A stretch of 64,000 bases of DNA from positions 207,700,001-207,764,000 of the forward strand of contig OX597814.1 of NCBI GenBank assembly GCA_951406725.2, in the 5' to 3' direction. Each line of letters opens with the position of its first letter. Positions within the stretch are counted from its first letter, which is position 1. Under the pieces are notes generated by a model. That model did not search any database. It was not told the origin of the DNA and was given only the letters and a program-made list of their open reading frames with translations. This DNA comes from Octopus vulgaris (lineage: Eukaryota). Positions 12,676 through 24,042 of this stretch are shown in pieces. Both the position numbers and the translations under genes were made by a program.

Positions 12676-14321
12676 TATAATTTTGATAAATTTTTTTTTT
12701 GTCTCCTGCCCCCTTTTTTTAAGTATGTTATTTATCCCTCACTTAACTATATATGTTTTATGTAGTTAGGCAATGGTAAATTTTTCTTAATGAATCTAGC
12801 TAAAACTGTCTTGATTAACGACTTACTGTTAGTAATTCTCTATGGGGGTAAAAAAACAAGAGTGTCACCACTTCCCATTTTATCTCACCCGCGTCCAACT
12901 CCATCTGAAAGTCCATATCTACACTTAGCAAAAAAAAATAATTATAAAACAAGAGTGTCGTAGCTATGTGTTTTAATAGAGCACAGTCTTATATTCATTG
13001 CAGCATGTCCCATCTGCTGCTCTAAACTACTACTGCTGCACTTTTGACCTCGCCCTGCCTCTCTCTCCCACCCCTTTCCATGTTACTGCTGGAATGCATG
13101 TGTCATTTGCTGCAGTGAAATGCTGTTGATGAAAATTGCAAACTTTATGCACTTAGTGCACTTCATCTTGCCTTCCTTCCTTCCTTCCTTCCCCCCACCC
13201 CCACCCCACCGTTTCTTTTCCTTCGTATTTCTTTTCTTGTGTGCTCTTCTTATTCTTCCTTCAGGCTTCTCCTTCTGTCTTATGCTCTCTCTCTCTCTCT
13301 CTCTCTCGCTCTTCCCTCTCCATCCTTTACCATAACAGTTGCATGTAATGCTCCGTGCAAAGTGCCGGAGCAGCAAGGGGCTTGACTAGATAAATTTAAA
13401 AACAAGGTTGCTGATCCGTTTAGTTTGAAGTTTTACTCACGCATAGCAACCTGCTGTGTGTGTGTGTGTGTATGCATGTGTGTGTGTGTGCACGCACTTG
13501 TATATGGTTGTGTCTATGCATGTATATGGGTGTATATATGCACATGTGTGCATAGAGAAGAGAGAAACCTATGCAAGAAGAGAAAGTTTCCTTTACACCA
13601 AGTCAGTGTGGTGTGATGTTACTAAACTTAGTATCTTCTTTGTATATTTACTTCATAAAAACCAACACTGCAACATCATTTTTAAGAAAATAAGTTACAA
13701 TAAAGTATCCCAGATAATTTCCAGTTCTAGCTATCTGACTTCATTTTTCTTATAATTCCTCGAAAATTAATTCCAATAGAGGAGAATCAGAAAAATCATT
13801 TCTGAATGAGCTGCATTAGAAGCCTGGTTGTCATTCCCTCTTTTGGACATAGCACTTCATTTAGACTAGCTAGCCTGTTGGTTTCTTCATATAAAGGTGT
13901 AAATGCTACCTTATGAAAATGCATTTCTACCCCACCTCTTTCTCCTGCCTGCTCAAAATAGGTACTGTGGTAGAGATAGTTCACTGTTATAAACAGTTGG
14001 AGTACTACAGGGTTTTGTTTACTGGCAGTATTGATATCAACCATTCTTATGGACCTGCAAACAAACAAAAACAACTAAAGAAAAAGAGTGGAGAAATTTG
14101 TGAGACTGTTCAGTTGAATAGTTCCTTGAAGACTATTACATGTTTCTTTGAAGTTTTGAGTTTTATCCTTGTGTCTAGGCCTGTTGCTGAGACACTTGTC
14201 AGCAGCATAATAATTCTGGGTTACTCACCACCATCTCTGCCACTATTAACAGTATCACAATTCTGCAGCCTCATTTCTGACAATGAAAGAAATGTTTAGC
14301 ACATTTAAAAAAAATTTATTA

Positions 14322-14693
14322 TTTTACTTCTTTCAGTCATTTGACTGTGGCCATGCTGGAGCACCACTTTGAAGCGTTTTTAGTTGAACAAGTCAACCCC
14401 CAGTACTTATTTTTTAAGCCTAGTACTTATTTAATTGGTCTCTTTTGCTGAACTGCTAAGCTATAGGTACTAAAATATACCAACACCAGTTGTCAAACAG
14501 TGATGGGGGGACAAACACACTGGCATGTGTGTGTATATATATATATATAAGTTTTGAGTCAGAAGTTTTGCAATTGTCTAAGGGATAGATGTATCCATAG
14601 GCACTACTGGTGTATTACCTAACTGTGTATAGGCTTTGCTGTAGGGTTAACAGTAGTTGGTAATTTAAACGGTTTACCATTTAAACCACGGTG

Positions 14694-14755
<62 letters not shown>

Positions 14756-14918
14756 AAACAGGCTTTTTTCAGTTTCTGTCTACCAAATCAACTCACAAGG
14801 CTTTGGTTGGCCCAAGGCTATAGTGGAAGACACTTGCTCAAGGTGCCATGCAATGGGACTGAAACTGGAGCCATGTGGTTGGGAAGCAAGTTTCTTACCA
14901 CTCAGCTATGCCTGCACC
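14322..14918 (-). mobile_element. SINE family A, diverged, interrupted at its internal microsatellite
   Basis: Tail half 14322-14520 and head half 14755-14918 separated by unrelated ~140 nt within (TA)n. Confidence 0.75.
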
Positions 14919-16666
14919 TATTAACATTTTCATTTAATTCTTTCCTTTTTTTTTTCCTTTAATTCTTTTCCTTTTGTATTATATAATGTGTACCATAATT
15001 TTTATTGTACAATAACCATTATTTCGAACTTTTGGAAACTTCAGAGGTGAAGAGCATACTTCCCAAATAGTAGTGCAGTTCCATAATTTTTTGTAATTTC
15101 TTTTCCTTTCTTTATTATGTAAATGCTGAAGAATAGTGGCAATTAGCCAAAAATTTATAATACAAGCTCCATTCCCATTAGACCCCATTTCAATGCATTT
15201 ACCTACTTTCTCCCTGCTATTTCCTGGCAGCTCTCTCATACTGGTCAGTGGCCTAAGGGAAGATGGATTTGCTAGCAACAACCTTTATGAAGATTCGAAT
15301 TTTCATATGGTGACACATTAGATTCATTTAAGGATTACACTAAACATTTTAAAAAAGGATTTAAATGTCTCCAAAGTGCTGAACAGCTTTTATGGGCTGG
15401 CACTTAATCCCAGTTTCTTGTCAGGAAATGTTTGAGATAAGTCCTTTCACTCTCCAGTCAACTGGAGTACACAGCGTAAAGTGTACTACCTGAATATGCA
15501 ACAAAACACTTAACTAGTCTAGAAGAAAGCTTTTACGTAGTCACTCAACTTCTAGAGATAGCAACTAAATTTCTTTCAAATTACACCCTACCACGTTGAA
15601 AAATAATGATGTGCTTGTAAACAAAAGACAGGATAGTCAAGGCTGGAATGCTATTGGCTATAGATTTGCTTGATTACAGCTGACCTAGGGCTAAACAACA
15701 ACAGTGAATCGCAGCAGGCTTGAACACGTGATGTATGAGCTGTCAGTTCAACAGTTTATCCATTCAGCCACTTCACTTTTCAAGAGAAAGGAGAAGCACT
15801 CATGACTTTTGCAAATCTAGACTGGTCATGAGTGGATGGAGGCAGTTTAAGGGTCATGGAAGATTTTGCTTTCATTTCATTTGCCCAGTAATTAGATTAG
15901 ACCCATGGTTTCTGATGGAGGTGGACAGTGGAGCAGGAATCCCTTCCTTTCAGGGAGTACTCTGTAAGGGTTGGTTTTAAACTTTCTAAACTTATGCAAC
16001 TCCATGGTGAAGAAAGAACTATATGGACATCGACTCCAATTTGGACTTTAGCAAACACAACTGATTGATAACAATCGATTAGTTAGTCAGTTAACTAATT
16101 GATGAATAATAATGAAGGAAGTGAAACTGAATCAGTGCATGTGTTTATTGTTGGCATAATGACCCTCCCAAGCTACAACAAAATCTGTTTCAACGCATGA
16201 GTTCAACCTCAAGAATCTTGCAAACCAAATACAAAAACAAAATAGCACTATTTTGTTTTCTTATTATTTAAGCATGATGTGTAGTGCAAAAAACATATCA
16301 CTTTGTGGGAAAGCCTGGTGCTTGAAAATAACTGGGTTAGACCAACAATTTATTGTATTTTTAATCAACATTAGAAGACCTGAAACTTTTGATGATTTCT
16401 TTGTTTAAAAATCACTAAGCATTCCACATTGTTGTGTCCATGTCTGTTGCTCTTTTAGTATCATCATAGTTCCTCCGATATTTCCTTTACACAGCAGACA
16501 ACTCTGTCTACACTGTTTGACAATTCAATTCATTCAAAGGAAAGTAAATTTGCTGTAAAAATTCCGTGAGATTGGAAAGGAATATCTATAAACACACGAA
16601 GTAGAAAATAAAATGTTTATTCTAGCAAAGGCTGAAAATTGGTAGCAAATTGTGTGTGTGTCTGCC

Positions 16667-16714
<48 letters not shown>

Positions 16715-16984
16715 AATCTGTCTCTCCCTCACACACACACACATGTATGTAAATATAATTGATGCACAAACAAAATAATACAAAAGAACACTCAATACAT
16801 TGTGTAGAGTAAGTTAACTGTTGATGATTCACTCCATTGTTACCTGAAGTTTCACATGTAACATGTGTCATCAAATATGCATGCACACACACACACACAC
16901 ACACACACACTACACGTATGTGTGATTTTGTCTGTGTTTCTGATTCTCATTCCCTTATCTTTTAAAATCTTCTGGACAAGCTCC

Positions 16985-16993
16985 TTTCTCTCC

Positions 16994-17038
<45 letters not shown>

Positions 17039-17054
17039 AATGCATATATAGCCT

Positions 17055-17091
<37 letters not shown>

Positions 17092-17108
17092 CAATGCATA
17101 TATAGCCT

Positions 17109-17149
<41 letters not shown>

Positions 17150-17174
17150 CTATGCATATATAGCCTTCTCTCTC

Positions 17175-17211
<37 letters not shown>

Positions 17212-17273
17212 GCATATATAGCCTTCTCTCTCTATCTATCTATCTGTCTATCTATCTATCTATGCATATATAG

Positions 17274-17308
<35 letters not shown>

Positions 17309-17379
17309 CTATCTATGCATATATAGCCTTCTCTCTCTCTCTCCTCTATCTATCTATCTATCTGTCTATGCATATATAG

Positions 17380-17415
<36 letters not shown>
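16985..17415. repeat. Compound minisatellite ATGCATATATAGCCTT(CT)n(ATCT)m, about 7 units
   Basis: Fixed 15-16 nt core repeated with variable microsatellite spacers. Confidence 0.9.
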
Positions 17416-17418
<3 letters not shown>

Positions 17419-18106
17419 CCATGCTATTTTTATTCTTCTTGTCTTTCCTCTTCTCTTCCATTCCTCTCTTCTTCCTCCGCTTTCCTATATTCATTCTTTC
17501 ATTCATTCCAAACCTCTGGTTACATTAACTATTAGATGTAACAACAACAACAATGATGATGATATAATGTACTAGTTTAACAATTGTAGCCCTTTTTTCT
17601 TAATTCATCGATTAGAAAACCCCTTCTATCTCAGCCTGCTGATGTAGGAAATATTCAGTTTCCAGCAGTGTGTGTGTGTATGGAAGGGTGCTTGCTTACT
17701 TGCGCTAAACATATGTAATCAACTGTCATATGCATGGAGTGGGGATGAAAGCTCAAAGCATTCATGGGGTTTCATTGCCACCAACCCCCACTCATACACA
17801 CTACCCCCCTTTCGTTCACATTATTCATTAATCAGCTAATTCACTTGCTAATTCATTCATACAGTCTCTGTGTGTGTGTGTGTGTACATTTTGTTTTTAT
17901 CTTGTTTCAGTCAATTGACTGCGGCCTTGCTGGAGCACCGTCTTCAGTTGAACAAATCGACCTCAGGACTTATTCTTTGGAAGCCTAGTATATTATTCAA
18001 TCAGCCACTTTTGCCAAACCACTAAGTTATGGGGACATAAACACACCAACATCAGTTGTCAAGCTATGGGGAGGAGACATTCACAGACACACAAACATAT
18101 ACATGC

Positions 18107-18309
18107 ATCTCGTGTGTACCGTTGGCGATTTTTTTTTTCCTCTGTCTTCCCTTCTCTGGATCTTTCCTTCTCCTATGTTTCCGACGAAGAGCTCCGCTCA
18201 AAACGTTAAACCCTCCTTCTTCCCTTCTTTCCTGAGCGTCCAATAATACTATATTTGTTCCACGTCCTCGCGTTGTTGTGTTTTTTTGTGTTTTCTTGTT
18301 TGGATTAAT
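18107..18309 (+). mobile_element. Short Penelope-like repeat with a mutated hammerhead motif (18177-18211)
   Basis: GTTT-CCGACGA-A-GAGC tcc GCTC-AAAA-CGT-T-AAAC; 3' part recurs inverted at 51283-51357; both adjoin (TA)n. Confidence 0.5.
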
Positions 18310-18330
18310 TATATATATATATATATATAT

Positions 18331-18548
18331 ATATTATAAAATCTGTTCTGTCTGTCTGTCTGTGTGTGTGTCTTCTAGGATCTCGGGCATCCTCCATCCG
18401 ATTGCGCTCAAATTTTGGTATGTAGATACCGACGGTATCAGGGCGTGTATAAGTCTTGAAAAAATTATAAAAATCGATTCCAGGTGAGAATGCGATCGAT
18501 AAAGCCGTGGGAACGTGCATTTGTACGCACAAGTGCATCAGCTGTTGT
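18331..18548 (+). mobile_element. Possible Helitron-like non-autonomous element
   Basis: TATTATAAAA start, (CTGT)n, CCGATT..AAATTTTGG motif like the 20388 copy, subterminal hairpin TGCATTTGT-ACGC-ACAAGTGCA at 18516-18537; 3' end non-canonical. Confidence 0.45.
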
Positions 18549-18751
18549 AATGTACTTACTGGTACTTTAAACTCTTCCCACTACTAATCTAAGAATCCTT
18601 GCAAGAGTAAGGCTCATGAATGCTGCCATACTTTCCTTGTCTAAATAATAAAGCAAAACACAAATAAAAGATGTAGATGTGTGTGTGTGTGTGTGTGTAT
18701 ACACACACATAGATTTGTGAATGTGTGTATATGTGTGAGTATATATATATA

Positions 18752-19055
18752 TCACCGTGACCGACCAGGCTATCAGATGTTGCTACATATCGCTGGTCAC
18801 AATGCACTTCGCATTGTTTTAGCCTTCAAATTACGCCACCCCGCTGGCTAAGCGAGCAGGCCAACAGAAGAAAGAGTGAGAGAAAGTTGTGGCGAAAGAG
18901 TACAGCAGGGATCGCCACCACCCCCTGCTGGAGCCTCGTGGAGCTTTTAGGTGTTTTCGCTCAATAAACACTCACAATGCCCGGTCTGGGAATCGAAACC
19001 ATGATCCTACGACCGCAAGTCCGCTGCCCTAACCACTGGGCCATTGCACCTCCAC
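18752..19055 (-). mobile_element. tRNA-derived SINE family B
   Basis: Minus-strand head GTGGAGGTGCAATGGCCCAGTGGTTAGGGCAGCGGAC...GGTTTCGATTCCC (A and B boxes); flanked by (TA)n; same as 47474 copy. Confidence 0.8.
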
Positions 19056-19627
19056 ATATATATATATATATATATAATTATATATATATATACATATACA
19101 TACACACACACATATGCTCATGTATGTATGGTTATGTGTGTATGGATGTTATATAATCAACTAAAATGACCTCGTGGTTAGCTTCCCCAGTTACCTTCTA
19201 TCACCCACCTTTCTACCTACCTACCTGCTCATCCTTCCATCATTAATGATCACTTTGAACTTGGCAAGATATTTTATTTATTTCTCCCTCCCTCTTACTT
19301 TTTCATTTCATTTCATTTCATTTCATTTTCGTTGTTTCATCAATTTTTTTCTACTCTGTTCATTTTTCTTTGTACATTTGATAATTAATGAAAAGAGAAA
19401 AAAAATCGAATAAAAAAATTGTATAATAAGCAACAGAATATAATAATATATTGCAGTATATACAACAGTATGTATATAATAAAATATTTCATACATAATT
19501 TTTCTTTTTTCTTTTTATAATTTTCATTTAATATTAGTGTCAGTTAAGTAAGTTTGATGAAAATTTCAGCCTTTTTTCTTGCTTTAAAAGAAAACATGGT
19601 TTAACCCTTTAACATTTAAACCAGCCA

Positions 19628-19661
19628 TACAAGGCCTGATCAGTAATTATCCGGACTGTTG

Positions 19662-19701
<40 letters not shown>

Positions 19702-20193
19702 TGTTCGACCGTGGTCGAGACAATGGAATTTACCATGCTACGCCAGGCTTCACGGTCCATCATGGCATTACGGAGGTCCTGTTGCTGGATGCCTGTATCC
19801 CTGGAGATTGCATCAGGGTAGGAGAGTGTGCGCCCTCTGGTATTGCGAGTAGATGGCTTCCAGAGGAGAAGAGTAGAAATTTGCCTCGTTTTCAGCTCTA
19901 CAACAATGTCCAGCAAACTGGACTCTCTTACCTTTCACAAGAGATGACACAGGTGGTAGTTTCCCATATATTTGCATTTTGGTTGGATGACGCTTCCACG
20001 AGAGATTTTGAGCTCTCATAAGGAGGCGAGTGTAGGTTCCATCCAACCGTCTCTCAAGCTTCTCATAGTAACAAACCTAAAGCACGTAGAGTAAAGCTGC
20101 TTGGCAAAGATTGACTTTGCACACTGTTGTGTATGAGCACTAACGTTCTACTTCACTTCCGCCGTTTACAGCAGTGCTTGGAAGGAAGGTGTG
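19628..20193 (+). mobile_element. Tc1/mariner-like left end split by the RTE insertion
   Basis: TA-CAAGGCCTGATCAGTAATTATCCGGACT mariner-like terminus at 19628, continuing after the LINE at about 20065 (TCAT duplicated at both junctions). No right end or transposase seen. Confidence 0.5.
19662..20064 (-). mobile_element. RTE-clade LINE 3' end (frameshifted) with (TGA)n tail
   Basis: LDGTYTRLLMRAQNLSWK...QFAGHCCRAENE / LLLWKP...GR...DLRNAMMDREAWRSMV, stop, then TGA repeats. Confidence 0.8.
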
Positions 20194-20387
20194 ACTTTCT
20201 GCAGCCAGATACCTCTCCTGTCTCCAGCCCTCACCTGTTTCCCAAATAAGATATTTCTCCACGGCCAGACATGTTTTCACACAAGAGCAGAATTAAAGGA
20301 CATGCTTGTATGGTGGTGACACTGGTGTACAACTAGCATGTTATACTAAGACAAGGAGGCATAAATACGCGCACACACACTTACATA

Positions 20388-20769
20388 TCTCTCTCTATAT
20401 AAACGGCAGTTTGTCTGTGCGTTTTCTGTGTGTCTGTTTTCTCGTACCCTCACTCTGACCACGGCTTTCAACCGATTCTGATGAAACTTGACACACACAT
20501 AGCCCAATGTCATAATTCAAAACTAACGCAGCGAAAATTTTGAAAAGTTCCCCCAGTTCTGAAAAAAATCGATAAATTCGACATGGGGTCGAGAATTAGA
20601 AACCCAAACCACAGACCGTCTAGGGGACGCAACTCCACCTTTTTAACTCTCAAAAAAATTTACCATAATTTTTTTCCCATTTTTTTGCTATTTTTTGGCT
20701 ATAACTCTCTAAAAATGCTTTATAGTTATTTCCCTTACAAACCTGAGCAACGCCGGGCGATACTGCTAG
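20388..20769 (+). mobile_element. Non-autonomous Helitron, second subfamily (same 3' end, different 5' half)
   Basis: Starts TCTCTCTCTATATAAA, ends CCTGAGCAACGCCGGGCGATACTGCTAG|T. Confidence 0.8.
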
Positions 20770-20923
20770 TATACAATAAGATTCTGGCTAGACTACACTT
20801 GCTGAAGGTGTCCTACAATGAGACTGAACCCAAAACTGTGTGGTTGGGAAGCAAACTCCTTGATCACACAGCAAGTGTGTACTATATTTATAATTTTTGT
20901 GTGTTGATATATATATCATCATC

Positions 20924-21221
20924 ATCATCATTTAACGTCCGTTTTCCATGCTAGCATGGGTTGGACGGTTCGACCGGGGTCTGGTAAGCCATGGAGGCTG
21001 CACCAGGCTCCAGTCTGATTTGGCAGTGTTTCTACAGCTGGATGCCCTTCCTAATGCCAAAAAATCTTGATGAGACCTTAAAGTTTGGCGTTAGGAAGGG
21101 CATCCAGCTGTAGAAACACTGCCAAATCAAGCTGGAGCCTGGTACAGCCTCCATGGCTTACCAGACCCTGATCGAACCGTCCAACCCATGCTAGCATGGA
21201 AAACTGACGTTAAATGATGGT

Positions 21222-21222
<1 letters not shown>
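20924..21222. repeat. Long inverted repeat of family D 3' end (arms ~137 nt, 24-nt spacer)
   Basis: 20924-21060 is the reverse complement of 21085-21222 with few mismatches. Confidence 0.9.
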
Positions 21223-21271
<49 letters not shown>

Positions 21272-21991
21272 TAACTTGGCTGTCACTTACAAGTATGACA
21301 TGATAGCTTGTACCATCATCATTTTCATTTAGCATCCACTTTTCCAAGCTTGCATGAATCAGATAAAACTTGTTGAGCTAGATTTTCTACAGTTGGATGC
21401 TTTTCCATGGCCGGATGCTCTCGCTTGTTCCCATGCTTTCACTAATTGCCCTTAGCAATTAAGTGTGCAGACATAAACAAACATCTTCTCAACCATCCCA
21501 CTCTTGACCCAGTGGATCATTGAAGATAGGAGCAGATTGGAGCAACAGGAATTCAAATGTCTTACGCAACGACCCAATGCATTGCCTGGGCCAGTAATCG
21601 AACCCCAACCTTATGATCATAAGTCCAATGCCATAACTAACAGGCCATGCACCTTACCTTGCATGTATGCATATATGTGTATGTATTTATCCCTGCAGTG
21701 CTGTACACCATGTACAGACATTTTTCGTTGTCACTTTAAATGAGATACATCGTTTCTCCCTGTCATTGTTGTCACATTCTGTCACCTCTGTCTGTCTCTA
21801 AATCTAACCTTACCCTACACCTTTCACCAATCCACCCACCCACCCTAGTGCCATTCCAGTAAGCAGCGTGCACAATTTTTTCTAAAAGCGTACATGTACA
21901 ATCTTATCTTTCTGTCACTCAACCAACCCCTTGAAAAATCAAAATAAATCTCTCTCTCCCTCCCTCCCCCTCCCCCTCCCTCTCTCCCTCT

Positions 21992-22031
<40 letters not shown>

Positions 22032-22842
22032 ACAAATAAGTTTGCTTTTCTTTGGGAAGCATTCATTTCAACTTAGTTACTAACCTTTCAACTGAATTCT
22101 AAAGAAACATCAACTATTTTTAATAAACTTTCTGTGACATTCCACTCCTTTGTTTCCAGAGAATTCCCATATATTACATTTGCAGCAGCTCATTACTTCT
22201 ATCTATAGTGGATGGAACAAAGTAAAAAAAAAAAAAAGAAAAAAGAAAGAAATTAATAAGTAGGACTTTCTTCATCTTTTATATTTTTATTTGTCTTGTT
22301 TTAGTTTTAAATCTGGATGAATCAATATTGAATAATAAAAGGTGCGTGTTGTGTGTGTGTGCATTCTGGCTTTAGAAAACATATGTTACATCCCTATGTG
22401 TTGTAAGAGGTGATTAAAATGGTTAGCAACAAGAAGCGCAGCCACTCATAAAACACTGCTTCAGAAAATCTGTCCAAACCACAACTGGAAAATTGAACAT
22501 AAAATTGTGTGTGTGTGTTTAGACCAATATTGGCTTCAAAATTTGACACAAGGCCAGCAATTCCAGGGAGGGCTTAAATCACTTACATCGACCCCAGTGC
22601 TCAAGTGGTATTTATTTTATCAACCCCAGTGCTCAACTGGTACTTATTTTATTGACCTCAAAATGAAAATGATTATGATGGTACAAGTTATCATGTCATA
22701 CTTGTGACAGTCAACCTGTGTGTGTGTATTCACATGTCACCTGCTTGGATGCCTTTCACAAGTCACTGGCAAAGTTGACCTCACTAGAATTTAAACTCAG
22801 AATGTTAAGACAAACAAAATGCCGCAAAACATTTGGCCCTGT

Positions 22843-23175
22843 ATCATCATCATCGTTTAACGTCCGTTTTCCGTGCTAGCATGGGTTGGATGGTTCGACT
22901 GTGGTCTGGGAAGCCAGGGGCTGCACCAGGCTCCAGTCTGATCTGGCAGTGTTTCTACAGCTGGATGCCCTTCCTAACGCCAACCACTCCGCGAGTGTAG
23001 TGGGTGCTTTTTACATGCCACCTGCACAGGTACCAGGGGGGTCTGGCATCGGCCACGATCGGTTGGTGTTTTTAATGTGCCACCGGCACGGAAGCCAGCC
23101 AAGGCGGCGCTGGCATCGGCCACGTTCGGATGGTGCTTTTTATGTGCCACCGGCACAGAAGCCAGTCGAGGCGGC
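22843..23175 (-). mobile_element. Retroposon family D with (TGA)n tail and internal GTGCC-ACC-GGCAC modules
   Basis: Plus strand (TCA)n, CATGCTAGCATG-like palindrome, GGATGCCCTTCCTAACGCCAACCAC, then tandem ~50-nt modules. Confidence 0.75.
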
Positions 23176-23820
23176 ATAACTATAATACCAGCTCACCCAA
23201 TATTGAATAGTTTTATTCTTAGATTTAATATATTACAGGATTGTTTGGTAAGCTTTCTTGTACATCTGTTCTCAAATTTGCATCCCCATAATAGTTAATT
23301 GTGGATATTTACCCAAATCTGCAATCGCTCGATGAAAATATACTTAGGCCATGATGGCAACACATTTCAGTGAGATACTACACAAGTCCAAAACTGTTGT
23401 CACTTGGGTGCCAGGCACATGGGCTGCCTGAAACAATCCCTGGTTCTATGATACCTGTTCCTATTTTAAAGCAATCTTAAAACTTTCCAGCAGAATTTCA
23501 TGTTCATTCATGTTCCAAACCCCCACTTAATAATCGCAAAGTTATTTTACTAAATTCTTCATTATTTTTAAAATTAATTGAAATAAATGCAGTGCACTTC
23601 AGCAAAGAGATGGTAACAAAAGTGTTAAGAACTAAATGAAATATATCTCTTGGTGGTGGCAGCAACTGCTGTTTTTGTTAGTAAGGTATAGTAATTCTTG
23701 GTGTCTTTCAAAAATTCAGTCAACTCTGTATCGGTAGATTCATGACTCAGAACTAACAAATCAAATACTTTAGAGTAAACCTCAGCTCCAGCAAAACAAT
23801 GTTAATCCATTAGCACTTAA

Positions 23821-24042
23821 CCCTTTCATTCCTGTATTTATTTTGAAGTGCTCTGTGTTTCTTTCAATTAATTTTAAATATATCAAAGAATTTAGTAAAA
23901 TAACTTAGTTATCATTCAGCTAGTGTTAGCAACATAAATTGTGACTAAAGTTTGGTGGAAGATTTTAATTTAAAACTTATGAAAACAAGACATTTATACT
24001 ACAGAGCCAGGGGTGGTTTCAGCTGGGTTGGTATCGAAAGAG
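23821..24042 (-). mobile_element. piggyBac-type MITE 1 (TTAA TSD) nested in MITE 2
   Basis: TTAA|CCCTTTC...GAAAGAG|TTAA; host MITE 2 runs about 23806-24248. Confidence 0.8.

Noticed and set aside
14550-14690. Unique insert with small palindrome inside a SINE microsatellite
   Set aside because: Cannot be assigned; too short to support a claim.
18980-19055. tRNA gene
   Set aside because: A/B boxes present but no proper acceptor stem or terminator; it is a SINE head continuing into a repeat body.
21061-21084. Hammerhead core in the hairpin spacer (TTGATGAG)
   Set aside because: No C3, no GAAA partner or stems.
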